Source: a bacterium
GTDB taxonomy: Bacteria; UBA8248
Direction of reading: 5' to 3'
Length of the DNA stretch: 64,000 bases
Assembly: GCA_965204535.1 (NCBI GenBank)
Contig: OZ241996.1
Location: forward strand, 1,472,001 to 1,536,000
A model generated the notes under the pieces. The model had not been told where the DNA came from. It made no database searches and saw only the letters and a program-made list of their open reading frames with translations. Positions 46,447 through 55,251 of the stretch are shown here, piece by piece. How positions within the stretch are numbered: the stretch's first letter is position 1; each line of letters starts with the position of its first letter. A program made the position numbers and the translations under genes.

Positions 46447-47363
46447 CGCGCATCCCTCAGTATCTCCGCCCCGCCGCTTGCGAGAACGTCCTCGGCCAAA
46501 TCTTCGGCCATACGCGCCGCATCATCGGGTGCGCCCGTTCGTTCCTTCTCCACCATCCGCTCCCCGTCGACGCTAGCGAGGCGGGCTTTGATCTGGAAAC
46601 CGGCTTTTCGCCTCTCGGCGAAAACGGCGAGGGGCAACTGGCACCCACCTTCGAGGCGCGCCATTACGACGCGTTCGGCCATCACGGCCCGTTTCGTCTC
46701 CGGGTGCTCCAGCCCTTCCATGAGGGAACGTGTGGACTCATCATCCACTCTCGTCTCGATGGCGAGCGCACCCTGCCCTGCGGCGGGCAGCATGAGTTCG
46801 GGCGCGAGCGATTCCGTCGCCCTATCCCCCAGCCCCAGACGCTTGAGGCCCGCCAGGGCGAGAACCGCGGCTTCGGCTTCTCCCGCCGCCACTTTTTCGA
46901 GGCGCGTATCCACGTTGCCGCGCAGTTCCACGATTTCCAGATCGCTGCGGTAGCGCCTTATCTGCGCGATTCGCCGCAAGCTGCTCGTACCGATTCTGCT
47001 GCCGGGCGCGAGACCGCGAATCGACTCCCCGTTTCGTGATGCCAGGGCGTCCCAGGGTTCTTCCCTTTCGGGTATCGCGGCGAGGATGAGGCCTTCCGGC
47101 ATTTCGCTCGGCAGGTCTTTCAAGCTATGGACGGCGGCGTCGATTTCCCCTCCCAGCAAGGCATCCTCAATCTCTTTCACGAAAAGGCCCTTGCCGCCCA
47201 ACTCATGAATCGGGGAACCCAGCATGGCGTCACCCCGCGTGCGGACGATGACTTCCTCGACCGCGAGACCCGGATTCAATTCCTTCAACCGCTCGGCCAC
47301 CCCCGCCGTCTGCGCGCGCGCCAGCGCACTGCCCCGCGTGCCTAAGCGCAGCGTGTCGCTCAT
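46443..47363 (-). CDS. hemC: Hydroxymethylbilane synthase
   Basis: GTRGSALA..Q, GKGLFVKEIE, VHSLKD, GTSSLRR, RGNVDTRL and EGGCQ. Confidence 0.96.
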   Translation of the reverse strand: MSDTLRLGTRGSALARAQTAGVAERLKELNPGLAVEEVIVRTRGDAMLGSPIHELGGKGLFVKEIEDALLGGEIDAAVHSLKDLPSEMPEGLILAAIPEREEPWDALASRNGESIRGLAPGSRIGTSSLRRIAQIRRYRSDLEIVELRGNVDTRLEKVAAGEAEAAVLALAGLKRLGLGDRATESLAPELMLPAAGQGALAIETRVDDESTRSLMEGLEHPETKRAVMAERVVMARLEGGCQLPLAVFAERRKAGFQIKARLASVDGERMVEKERTGAPDDAARMAEDLAEDVLASGGAEILRDAR

Positions 47364-47366
47364 TTT

Positions 47367-48677
47367 TCAGTCCGCATCTTCCGTCGATGCTTCGGGGAGA
47401 CCTTCATCGCTCTCTGGCTCCACGCCGAAGAGTTTCTGGACGGATTCGACCGAAATGCCCTCCACGTCTTCTTCCGACATCCGGCGCAGGACGGCGAAGG
47501 GGTGGTGGAGGAGTTTGTTGACGAGCGCCTTCGTCATGGCGTCGAGCGCATCGCGGCCCTCTTCGCCCAGTTCAGGCAATCTTTGAAAAGTTTTTTGGAC
47601 TTCCTCCTGCCGCATCGACTCCGCGAAAAAGCGTATGGCCGCGAAGGTGTGCCTGAGTTCCTCCGCCTGCTGCCGGGCGAGATAGGTCTGCACCTCGCTT
47701 TCGAGAATTTCACGCGCGTCGCGGGCGATTTCCTCGCGGCCCCGCAGGTTGTCCGCCGCGACGGACTGCAGATCGTCCACGTCGTAGAGATAGGCGTCTT
47801 CCAGGTCGTTCACTTCGGGCGCGACGTTCCTGGGCACGGCGATGTCGATGAGAAAAACGGGCGCGTCGCGGCGTTGCTCGAGTGCAGAGGCGACTATCGG
47901 CTTGTCCAGTATGAAACCCTGTGAGGCCGTCGATGCGATGACGATATCGGCGTCGATGAGCGCTCCTTCCAGATTGTCGAAACTCACCGTGCTTCCTTTC
48001 AGTTTTGCGGCCAGTTCCTGGGCGCGCGCGAGCGTCCTGTTCCCCACGTGGAGATTGTCGGCCCCGCTCGCCTTGAGATGCCGCGCCGCCGCCTCGCCCA
48101 TCTCCCCCGCTCCCAAGAGGAGCACGTTCTTGCCCGCCAGGGAGCCGAAAATTCTTTTCGCCAGGTCCACGGCGACCGAACTCACCGACACGGGCGACTC
48201 GCCGATGGGGGTTTGTTCGCGAATCTTCTTCGCCACGCGAAACGCGCGGGAGAAGAGGTTGGTGAGCGCCTTTCCGGCGTGGCCCGAGGCCTGGGCGACC
48301 CGGTAGGCCTCTTTCACCTGCCCCAGAATCTGCGGCTCGCCCACCACCATGGAATCGAGGCTCGACGCCACGGTGAACAGGTGCCGGGTGGCTTCAGCCT
48401 CGCGGTGAACGTAGAGGTGCGCGTTCAGTTCATCGGCGCCGATGTCGCGCGATTCCAGGAAAAAGCGGTGAATCGCGTCGAGCCCCTGCTCGAAATCCTC
48501 GGCCGCGCTGTAGACTTCCACCCGGTTGCAGGTCGAGAGGATGATGCGTTCATCCAGCCCGCTGTAGCCCGCCAGCCGGTCGAGCCACTCGTCCATGTGG
48601 GTTTCGGGGAAATAGAGGCGCTCGCGAATGCTGAGCGGCGTGTTGTGGTGGCTCACGCCGGCGAGAATGATGGACAT
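47367..48677 (-). CDS. hemA: Glutamyl-tRNA reductase
   Basis: STCNRVE, SLDSMVVGEPQILGQVK, GAGEM and DIAVPR. Confidence 0.96.
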   Translation of the reverse strand: MSIILAGVSHHNTPLSIRERLYFPETHMDEWLDRLAGYSGLDERIILSTCNRVEVYSAAEDFEQGLDAIHRFFLESRDIGADELNAHLYVHREAEATRHLFTVASSLDSMVVGEPQILGQVKEAYRVAQASGHAGKALTNLFSRAFRVAKKIREQTPIGESPVSVSSVAVDLAKRIFGSLAGKNVLLLGAGEMGEAAARHLKASGADNLHVGNRTLARAQELAAKLKGSTVSFDNLEGALIDADIVIASTASQGFILDKPIVASALEQRRDAPVFLIDIAVPRNVAPEVNDLEDAYLYDVDDLQSVAADNLRGREEIARDAREILESEVQTYLARQQAEELRHTFAAIRFFAESMRQEEVQKTFQRLPELGEEGRDALDAMTKALVNKLLHHPFAVLRRMSEEDVEGISVESVQKLFGVEPESDEGLPEASTEDAD

Positions 48678-48689
48678 TTTCCCGCTCCC

Positions 48690-49457
48690 CTAGAAGTGGG
48701 CCACCAGCGCGAAAAGCGCAGCGAAGAAGGCCACCATCGAGAAAACGGCGGAGCGCTTTCCCTTCCAGCTTCTGGTGAGCCGGCAGACGAGCAGGAGGCC
48801 GTACGCCCCCCAGATGAGTATCAGCGGCCATGTGCGCACCGGGTCGAGGCTCCAGTAGGCCCCGTGGCGCGATTTCGCCCACATCGAGCCGAGCAGCAGG
48901 CTCGCCGTCAGAAACGCGAAGCCGAAATAGAGAATCTTGTGGTTCAAATCGTCCAGAATATCGAGCGAGGGCAGCCGGTGCAGCCAGGCGCTGGGACGTC
49001 TTGATTTCAGTTGCTGGGACTGCACGAGATACATGAGCGCCGATGCGAAGAGCAGAAAAAACGCGGCCCAGCTCAACAGCGCGAGCACGGCGTGGCCTTT
49101 CAAGAGATAGCCCTGCACGGCGACCGAACCCGCGCCCCACACGCCCGGAAATGCGGCGGCGTAGCCTTCGAGAATGAAAGCCGCGGGCACGGCGAAACCG
49201 CCCAGGGCGATGTCGCGGTAGCGCGCGTAGACGACCAGGTACATCAGGATGATCACCCACGCCATGCCGCTCAGCCATGCCCCCCAGCCCTCCGGCGTGC
49301 CGGAGGCGAAGCTCACTCCCAGCATGAGAGTGTGAAGGGCGAACCCGATGAGCAGCGCACCGACCCCGTAGACGACCCCCGCAGACCTGCCCGTACAGAG
49401 CAGATACAGATGCGTGAGCGCAGAGGCGAGATAGCAGACGATCAGTATGGCGACCAA
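48690..49457 (-). CDS. ccsA: Cytochrome c biogenesis CcsA/HemX-like membrane protein
   Basis: LPSL..LD.LN, GF.FLT.....G..W and W..DP motif; upstream of hemA. Confidence 0.82.
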   Translation of the reverse strand: MVAILIVCYLASALTHLYLLCTGRSAGVVYGVGALLIGFALHTLMLGVSFASGTPEGWGAWLSGMAWVIILMYLVVYARYRDIALGGFAVPAAFILEGYAAAFPGVWGAGSVAVQGYLLKGHAVLALLSWAAFFLLFASALMYLVQSQQLKSRRPSAWLHRLPSLDILDDLNHKILYFGFAFLTASLLLGSMWAKSRHGAYWSLDPVRTWPLILIWGAYGLLLVCRLTRSWKGKRSAVFSMVAFFAALFALVAHF

Positions 49458-49708
49458 GGGATTTTCCCTCTCAGAGCGAGGCCATGACTCGCGATTGTAA
49501 AAGCAGCCCTTTTCAACTCCCTACACACCAAAGGGCGAACACGGTCATTTAGACCACCATTTCGGACATTTTGCAATAATCCGGGACGCCACCCGGTCGT
49601 GCGATGCGGATTCTGCTCCTTTCATGTTGGCTTGAGACGCCATTCCCACTATACTCCACGCATCGAGCCCGTCCGCCCGCAACTTCATCCCGGGAGGGGC
49701 AGCAGACC

Positions 49709-50644
49709 GTGATACCGCTCCCCAGGATCGACCCGCCCCTGATCAACGCCAGCGGCATCCTGAGCTACCCGGAAGTGTTCACCGCTTTCGAGAGCGCGGG
49801 CGCTTGCCTGGGCGGCTACGTCACGAAATCTGTCGGCCCCCGCGAGAAACCCGGCAACGACAATCCCGTGGTCGTATGCCCTCCCGACGGCGCGGTGCTC
49901 AACTCCCTCGCCCTGCCGACGCAAAGCGCCGAAGACTGGGAGCGCGACCTGGAGGAAATAAAGCTCAAAAACGCGAAGCTCATCGTCTCCGTCTACGGGG
50001 GAGACTCGCGGGAGTTCGCCGAGGTCACGGGCCGGATGTCGCGGTTCTCAGACGCCATCGAGGTGAACCTGGGCTGTCCCAACAAGGAGCCGGGCGAGCA
50101 GACCATCATGGAGAGCATCGGCCAGAACCCCGCCCTCTCCGCCGAGGTGATCGAGCGCGTGCGCGGTGAGACGGACAAGCCCGTCATCGCCAAGCTCTCG
50201 CCCAACAGCGATTATCTCGCCGTGGCGGATTCCTGCATGAACGCGGGCGCGGACGCCCTGGGATGCGGCAACACCCTGGGGCCGGGCCTGGCCGTGGACA
50301 TCCAGAGCCGGGCGGCGATTCTCGCGGGCACGACGGGCGGCATCAGCGGTCCGGCGCTCAAACCCGTCAACCTGCGCATGACGTATGAGGCATACGCGCG
50401 CTTTCGCTGCCCCATCGTCGCATACGGGGGCATCGAAACCTGGGAGGATGCCGTGGAATACATTCTCGCGGGGGCGAGCATCCTGGGAATCGGCACCGCC
50501 TTCATGCGAAAGAGCACACACGAGGCTGCCGCCCTCACCCGGGATATCTGGGAGGGGATTCAGGAATATCTGGACGGCGAGCCCATGTCCGCCCTCATCG
50601 GCGCGGCGCACCGTGCGGCGGAGGGAGGCAATTCCGGTGCGTAG
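49709..50644 (+). CDS. pyrD: Dihydroorotate dehydrogenase family 1B catalytic subunit
   Basis: NASG, VTKS, NLGCPN, KLSPN, NT and GGISGPALKP; GTG start after GGGAGG. Confidence 0.88.
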   Translation: MIPLPRIDPPLINASGILSYPEVFTAFESAGACLGGYVTKSVGPREKPGNDNPVVVCPPDGAVLNSLALPTQSAEDWERDLEEIKLKNAKLIVSVYGGDSREFAEVTGRMSRFSDAIEVNLGCPNKEPGEQTIMESIGQNPALSAEVIERVRGETDKPVIAKLSPNSDYLAVADSCMNAGADALGCGNTLGPGLAVDIQSRAAILAGTTGGISGPALKPVNLRMTYEAYARFRCPIVAYGGIETWEDAVEYILAGASILGIGTAFMRKSTHEAAALTRDIWEGIQEYLDGEPMSALIGAAHRAAEGGNSGA

Positions 50645-51362
50645 CGTTTACACGGTCGTCGAGAATCGCCGGGAAAGCGAGTGGACGCACACGATTTTCT
50701 TCGACGAGGAAATTGAATCACAGCCCGGGCAGTTCATGATGGTCTGGCTGCCGCGTATGGGAGAAAAGCCCTTCACCCTCTCCTACCCCAATGCCGTCAC
50801 CGTGAAAAAAGCGGGCGCGTTTACCGAACAACTGGCCGCGGTGGAGCCTGGAGACGAAATCGGGCTGCGCGGCCCCCTGGGCCAGGGCTACCCTGTCCTA
50901 AAGAGACCCGCTCTCATCGGCGGCGGCGTGGGGATTGCGGAGTTGAGGCTCCTGGCCCTCGCTTCAGAGGAGCCTTCCTTCGTCCTCGGTGGGCGCACGG
51001 CGGATGAGATTCTCTTCTACGAGGAATTCAGGGAACTCGGGCCCGTCCACGTCGCCACCGAAGACGGCGCCTTGGGACACAAGGGGCTGGTGACCGAGCT
51101 GTTGCCCGTCGAGGCGGAGAGCTACGCCGTCTGCGGCCCGGAGCGAATGATGGCCGCGTGCCTGCCGAAACTGCCCGCCGAGCGGACTTATTTCGCGGTT
51201 GAAAGATACATGAAGTGCGCCGTCGGCCTTTGCGGCCAATGCACCTGTTCGGGCTGGCGCGTCTGCACGGACGGCCCCATATTCCCCGCCGCTACCGTCG
51301 CCCAAATGGATGATTTCGGGAAGCGCAGACGCTCGAAGAGCGGGAGGTGGGAAGCCGTTTAG
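50637..51362 (+). CDS. pyrK: Dihydroorotate dehydrogenase electron-transfer subunit
   Basis: PGQF.MVW, RGPLG.G, GGGVG.A, CGP..M and MKC.VG.CG.C....VC.DGP.F; overlaps the pyrD end. Confidence 0.9.
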   Translation: MRSVYTVVENRRESEWTHTIFFDEEIESQPGQFMMVWLPRMGEKPFTLSYPNAVTVKKAGAFTEQLAAVEPGDEIGLRGPLGQGYPVLKRPALIGGGVGIAELRLLALASEEPSFVLGGRTADEILFYEEFRELGPVHVATEDGALGHKGLVTELLPVEAESYAVCGPERMMAACLPKLPAERTYFAVERYMKCAVGLCGQCTCSGWRVCTDGPIFPAATVAQMDDFGKRRRSKSGRWEAV

Positions 51363-51458
51363 GAAATAACATCTTCCCAAGACGATTCGCCTGTGCCTAT
51401 AATCGGGCGGCGAGCAGGAGATTTTTACCTTCACGAGGTTCAGGGCGGAGGAGAGGCC

Positions 51459-52220
51459 ATCCAATTCCGTGTGCTGGGCTGCGCGGGCGGTAAAGCGCCC
51501 GGATGTCATCTGACGTCTTTCCTCATCAACGAAGAGTTGCTGCTCGAGGGCGGTTCGGCCGCCTCGGGCCTCACCATCGAGGAGCAGGCCCGGCTCACCG
51601 GCGTCGTGGTCTCCCACGCGCATCTGGACCACATCGCGGAACTGCCCTACCTCGCCGACAACATCTTCGGCCTGCGGGAGGATTCGCTCAAGGTCATCGG
51701 CGCGCGCGACGTTCTGGAGCAGATTCAAAAATCCATCTTCAACAACGCCGTCTGGCCGGATTTTTGCGAGATTTGCCACGAAGATAAACCGATACTCGAT
51801 TTCTCCGCTATCGAGGAAATGGAAACCCGCTCCCTGGGCGGAATCCGTATTACTCCCTACGCGGTCGACCACAAGGGCACCACTTTCGGCTTCATCTTCG
51901 AGGACGGAGAAAGCGCGCTGCTCTATACCAGCGACACGGGGCCGACCAAGGCCATCTGGCGGGGCGCCGCCGAAGTGGCCAATCTGCGCGCCATCATCAC
52001 CGAAGTGTCGTTTCCGAACAGGATGGAGGAGCTCGCGCGCATGACCAAACATCTCACGCCCGCCATGCTCCATGCGGAGATGCAAAAAATACCGCCTGAT
52101 GTTCCCGTCTACATCTTTCACATCAAGGCCCAATACGGCGATGAGACGAAGGCGGAAATCGATGCGCTGGGTGAAGCGAGAATCGAAGTGCTCGAAGAGG
52201 GGAAGACGTATCACCTGTAG
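51459..52220 (+). CDS. Class II cyclic-nucleotide phosphodiesterase (metallo-beta-lactamase fold)
   Basis: RVLGC.G, SHAHLDHI, FN..VWPDF, SDTG.T, E.SFPN, HLTP and HIK. Start inferred at ATC 51459; alternative GTG 51393. Confidence 0.82.
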   Translation: MQFRVLGCAGGKAPGCHLTSFLINEELLLEGGSAASGLTIEEQARLTGVVVSHAHLDHIAELPYLADNIFGLREDSLKVIGARDVLEQIQKSIFNNAVWPDFCEICHEDKPILDFSAIEEMETRSLGGIRITPYAVDHKGTTFGFIFEDGESALLYTSDTGPTKAIWRGAAEVANLRAIITEVSFPNRMEELARMTKHLTPAMLHAEMQKIPPDVPVYIFHIKAQYGDETKAEIDALGEARIEVLEEGKTYHL

Positions 52221-52359
52221 GCTTTCATGACGCCTCAACTTCTGCTAAGAGCAGGAGGGTATGGCAAGACGCGGAAAAGCGGCGATGCGAGGGATGAGGA
52301 GAAGACATCCAGCGCATCGCTTCATTGGAAATCACCGAAATGGATGGGGAGACGCTTTC

Positions 52360-52605
52360 GTGGAAGACATCGAAGCGCAGAGAAAATACAGCCGCATCAT
52401 GGCCGAGCGCATCAGCGGCATTCTGGCCGGAGAGATCGATGGCGTCGACGCGGACATCCGCTACAGCTACCAGGAGAAGAGTTTCAGGCTCTGGTGGGGA
52501 GAGCGCGGCGACCCGGACACCACCGCCCTCATCACCTTCGAGCAAATCGCCACGCTGAACGACGAGGAGTTGCGCCAGATCATCCGCTCATCCGTCATCG
52601 GTTAG
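52360..52605 (+). CDS. Hypothetical protein (81 aa)
   Basis: GTG after GGGAGA; GC3-rich codon usage and globular-looking sequence (MEDIEAQRKYSRIMAERI...). Confidence 0.6.
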   Translation: MEDIEAQRKYSRIMAERISGILAGEIDGVDADIRYSYQEKSFRLWWGERGDPDTTALITFEQIATLNDEELRQIIRSSVIG

Positions 52606-52810
52606 GATGCGTCGGTTGGCGAGGCGCAAGAACGCTTCCGATCTGAATCGAAACACAATTATACTTCAATTAGTTACAACGAATAACTAAAGCGAAATAT
52701 CGTTCTTTTTTGCCATCCGGCGCTCTTCTCAAAACACAGGCTCACGCCATGGGCGGCGAGAAACCGGGCCATTCCCGCGAGCCCCGAAGGGCGTTTCCTG
52801 CCATCCGGCA

Positions 52811-53695
52811 TCAGGCGATATTCGCCAACTCCTGGTAAATGCGGAAAATCGAGCTGCCGTCCTCATGCTGCCTGCCCTTGCTGCGCTGGGCCATGAAGAA
52901 GTGCTCCAGCAACCCGCCGAGCGGCACGGGCACGTCCAGGTCCTTGGCGGAGTCGATGGCGCATTCGAGGTCCTTCAGCACGATCCATATCGGGCCGGAT
53001 TCGGGGAAATTGCCGGCCAGCATGTCCTTGCCGCGAACCTCGAGCACGTTCGAACCCGCGGCACCCGAACAGAGTGTCTCCAGCATGACGTCTTCGGGGA
53101 TCCCCGCCTTGAGGCCCAGCGTGAGTCCCTCGCACGCACCCGCCATGTTGATGAAGAGCACCAGATTCACCACGAGCTTGAGCTGGGCGGCGAGACCGTT
53201 CTGCTCGCTCACGAAAACCGTCTTCTTCCCGATAGCGTCGAAGGCGGGCTTCGCCTTCTCATATGCGGCCCTGGGGCCGGCGGCCATCACCACCAGGTCC
53301 TTCACGGCGGCCTGTTTGCCCACGCCGCTTACGGGGCAATCGAGCCAGTTCACGCCTTGCTCAGCGGCTTTTTCCGCCATCTCCTTGGAGAATTTGGGCG
53401 GAACCGTGCTCATATCGGCGATAATGCCGCCTTCGGAAATCCCCTCCAGGACCCCTCCCTCGCCCGTCACCGCCTCTCCGACGACCTGATAGTTCGGGAG
53501 CGAGGTCATCACCAGGTCGGCACCGGCGGCTGCGTCCGCGGGCGAGGACGCCCGGCGCAGATTCTTGCCCTCGAATTTCTCGTACATCGCATCGAGCGGG
53601 TCGTAGCCCGCCACTTCCATGCCGGCGTCCAGCATGTGGCCCGAAAACGCGCCCCCCATGACGCCCAAACCCACGACTCCCACTTTCATGCTCAC
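52811..53695 (-). CDS. NAD(P)-dependent beta-hydroxyacid dehydrogenase family protein
   Basis: GVVGLGVMG, DCPVSG, KLVVN and KDL. Confidence 0.88.
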   Translation of the reverse strand: MSMKVGVVGLGVMGGAFSGHMLDAGMEVAGYDPLDAMYEKFEGKNLRRASSPADAAAGADLVMTSLPNYQVVGEAVTGEGGVLEGISEGGIIADMSTVPPKFSKEMAEKAAEQGVNWLDCPVSGVGKQAAVKDLVVMAAGPRAAYEKAKPAFDAIGKKTVFVSEQNGLAAQLKLVVNLVLFINMAGACEGLTLGLKAGIPEDVMLETLCSGAAGSNVLEVRGKDMLAGNFPESGPIWIVLKDLECAIDSAKDLDVPVPLGGLLEHFFMAQRSKGRQHEDGSSIFRIYQELANIA

Positions 53696-53782
53696 GGCTC
53701 AAGCTCCTTTTGAATGCGGCGTATGGAGGATGACCCTCCCCCGCCGATATCGGATACGAAAAGTTCTTCAACACCTGCATCG

Positions 53783-54541
53783 TCAATGAATGATATACCC
53801 GCCGTCCACCACGAGGTTGTGCCCGTGCACGAAAGAAGCGTCCCCGGAAGCGAGAAACAACACCGCGCTCGCTATCTCGGCAGGCTCTCCGAAACGCCCT
53901 ATGGGCACCGTTCCCAGGCGCTGGGCCCGTTCCTCGGGCGTCTTGTAGGCGTGTTTCTTCAAATATTCCGTCGCCGTGGGCCCGGGGCTGACGGCGTTCA
54001 CCAGGATGTTCTCGCCGGCGAGTTCGAGCGCCATGGAGCGCGTGAGTTGTATAAGCGCCGCCTTGGTCGCGCTGTAGAGCGCTGTATTGCGCGCCGCCAC
54101 GGAGCCCAACTGGCTCGCGATGTGGATGATACGCCCGCCTCCCGCCTCTCGCATGAGCGGCAGCACCGCCTGGCTCGCGAAAAAAGGAGCGCGCAGGTTC
54201 ACGGCGACCACGCGGCTAAAATCCGCATACGAGAAAGTCCCGAAGGGCTGGCTCGCGCGAATACCTGCGTTGTTCACGAGAACGTCCACGCCGCCCAGAG
54301 CGTCCGCGGCCGCCTCCACCATCCGCTCGGCAGCGCCCTCTTCCGCCAGATCGAAGATGCCGAAAGAAGCCGAGCCTCCGGCGGCCTCGCACTCACGCGC
54401 GACGTTTTCGAGTTCCTCCTGCGTTCCGTCCGCGGCCAGATACAGGTTCGCCCCCTCCGCCGCGAAGCGAAGCGCGGCGCATTCGCCGATTCCGCGCGAC
54501 CCGCCCGTCACGAGCGCCTTTTTACCGTCCAAACGACCCAA
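53783..54541 (-). CDS. Short-chain dehydrogenase/reductase
   Basis: TGGSRGIG, NNAG, YSATK, NAVSPG and VDGG; TTG start after CAGGAG. Confidence 0.9.
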   Translation of the reverse strand: MGRLDGKKALVTGGSRGIGECAALRFAAEGANLYLAADGTQEELENVARECEAAGGSASFGIFDLAEEGAAERMVEAAADALGGVDVLVNNAGIRASQPFGTFSYADFSRVVAVNLRAPFFASQAVLPLMREAGGGRIIHIASQLGSVAARNTALYSATKAALIQLTRSMALELAGENILVNAVSPGPTATEYLKKHAYKTPEERAQRLGTVPIGRFGEPAEIASAVLFLASGDASFVHGHNLVVDGGYIIH

Positions 54542-54633
54542 GCTGCGTTTCTCCTGCGGAAAAGTTGCGCTACTATTGTTCCCGGCGCGACGCCGCGCGC
54601 CCCGGATGACCAAAGACCAAGGAGAAATGCGCG

Positions 54634-55236
54634 ATGCCCCGACCGGAAACCTCGTTCGTAGAACTCCAGCACGTCGCCGTCAAGGTGTCGGACATCGAGG
54701 AATCTTTGAAATTCTACACCGAGATTCTCGGCTTCACGCTCTCGGAGCGTCACGGCCCCGACGAACACCCGAGCCTCAACATGGGCCTTTGCTTCCTGCG
54801 CTGCGGCGCGTTTCATCACGATTTGAACCTAGTATACCACACCGGCGATCAGCCCGCGCTGGAGGAGCTCAAGGTCGACGATCAGGGTCCCGTGAAGGAC
54901 CTGGGGTTGCATCATTTCGCGTTTCGGGTAAAAGACCGCACGGAGTTCTTCGCCTGGCGGGACTGGCTCGAGGAATGCGGAATCAAAATCGTGCGCGGCC
55001 CCGTGGTGCACAGCCCCACCCACCCCGAGGGCGACGGCACGTGGGGGGAGAACAGGGCCATGTATTTCTGCGACCCCGACGGTCACCGGATTGAGATATT
55101 CTGCGACTTGGCCCCGATGGACGAGGCCAACGGGGTCGAGAAGGAATGGTATGACAATCGACTTCGCCGGGAGGGAATCGACCCCGCCCCGCATCCGCCC
55201 GTGGGACCTCATCCGTCAGGGGCTCTCACACGCTGA
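54634..55236 (+). CDS. VOC-family (glyoxalase/extradiol-dioxygenase-like) protein
   Basis: HVAVKV.D...S..FY..ILG, HHD, HHFAF and YF.DPDGHRIE. Confidence 0.85.
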   Translation: MPRPETSFVELQHVAVKVSDIEESLKFYTEILGFTLSERHGPDEHPSLNMGLCFLRCGAFHHDLNLVYHTGDQPALEELKVDDQGPVKDLGLHHFAFRVKDRTEFFAWRDWLEECGIKIVRGPVVHSPTHPEGDGTWGENRAMYFCDPDGHRIEIFCDLAPMDEANGVEKEWYDNRLRREGIDPAPHPPVGPHPSGALTR

Positions 55237-55251
55237 ACCGCCGCCCCGGGA

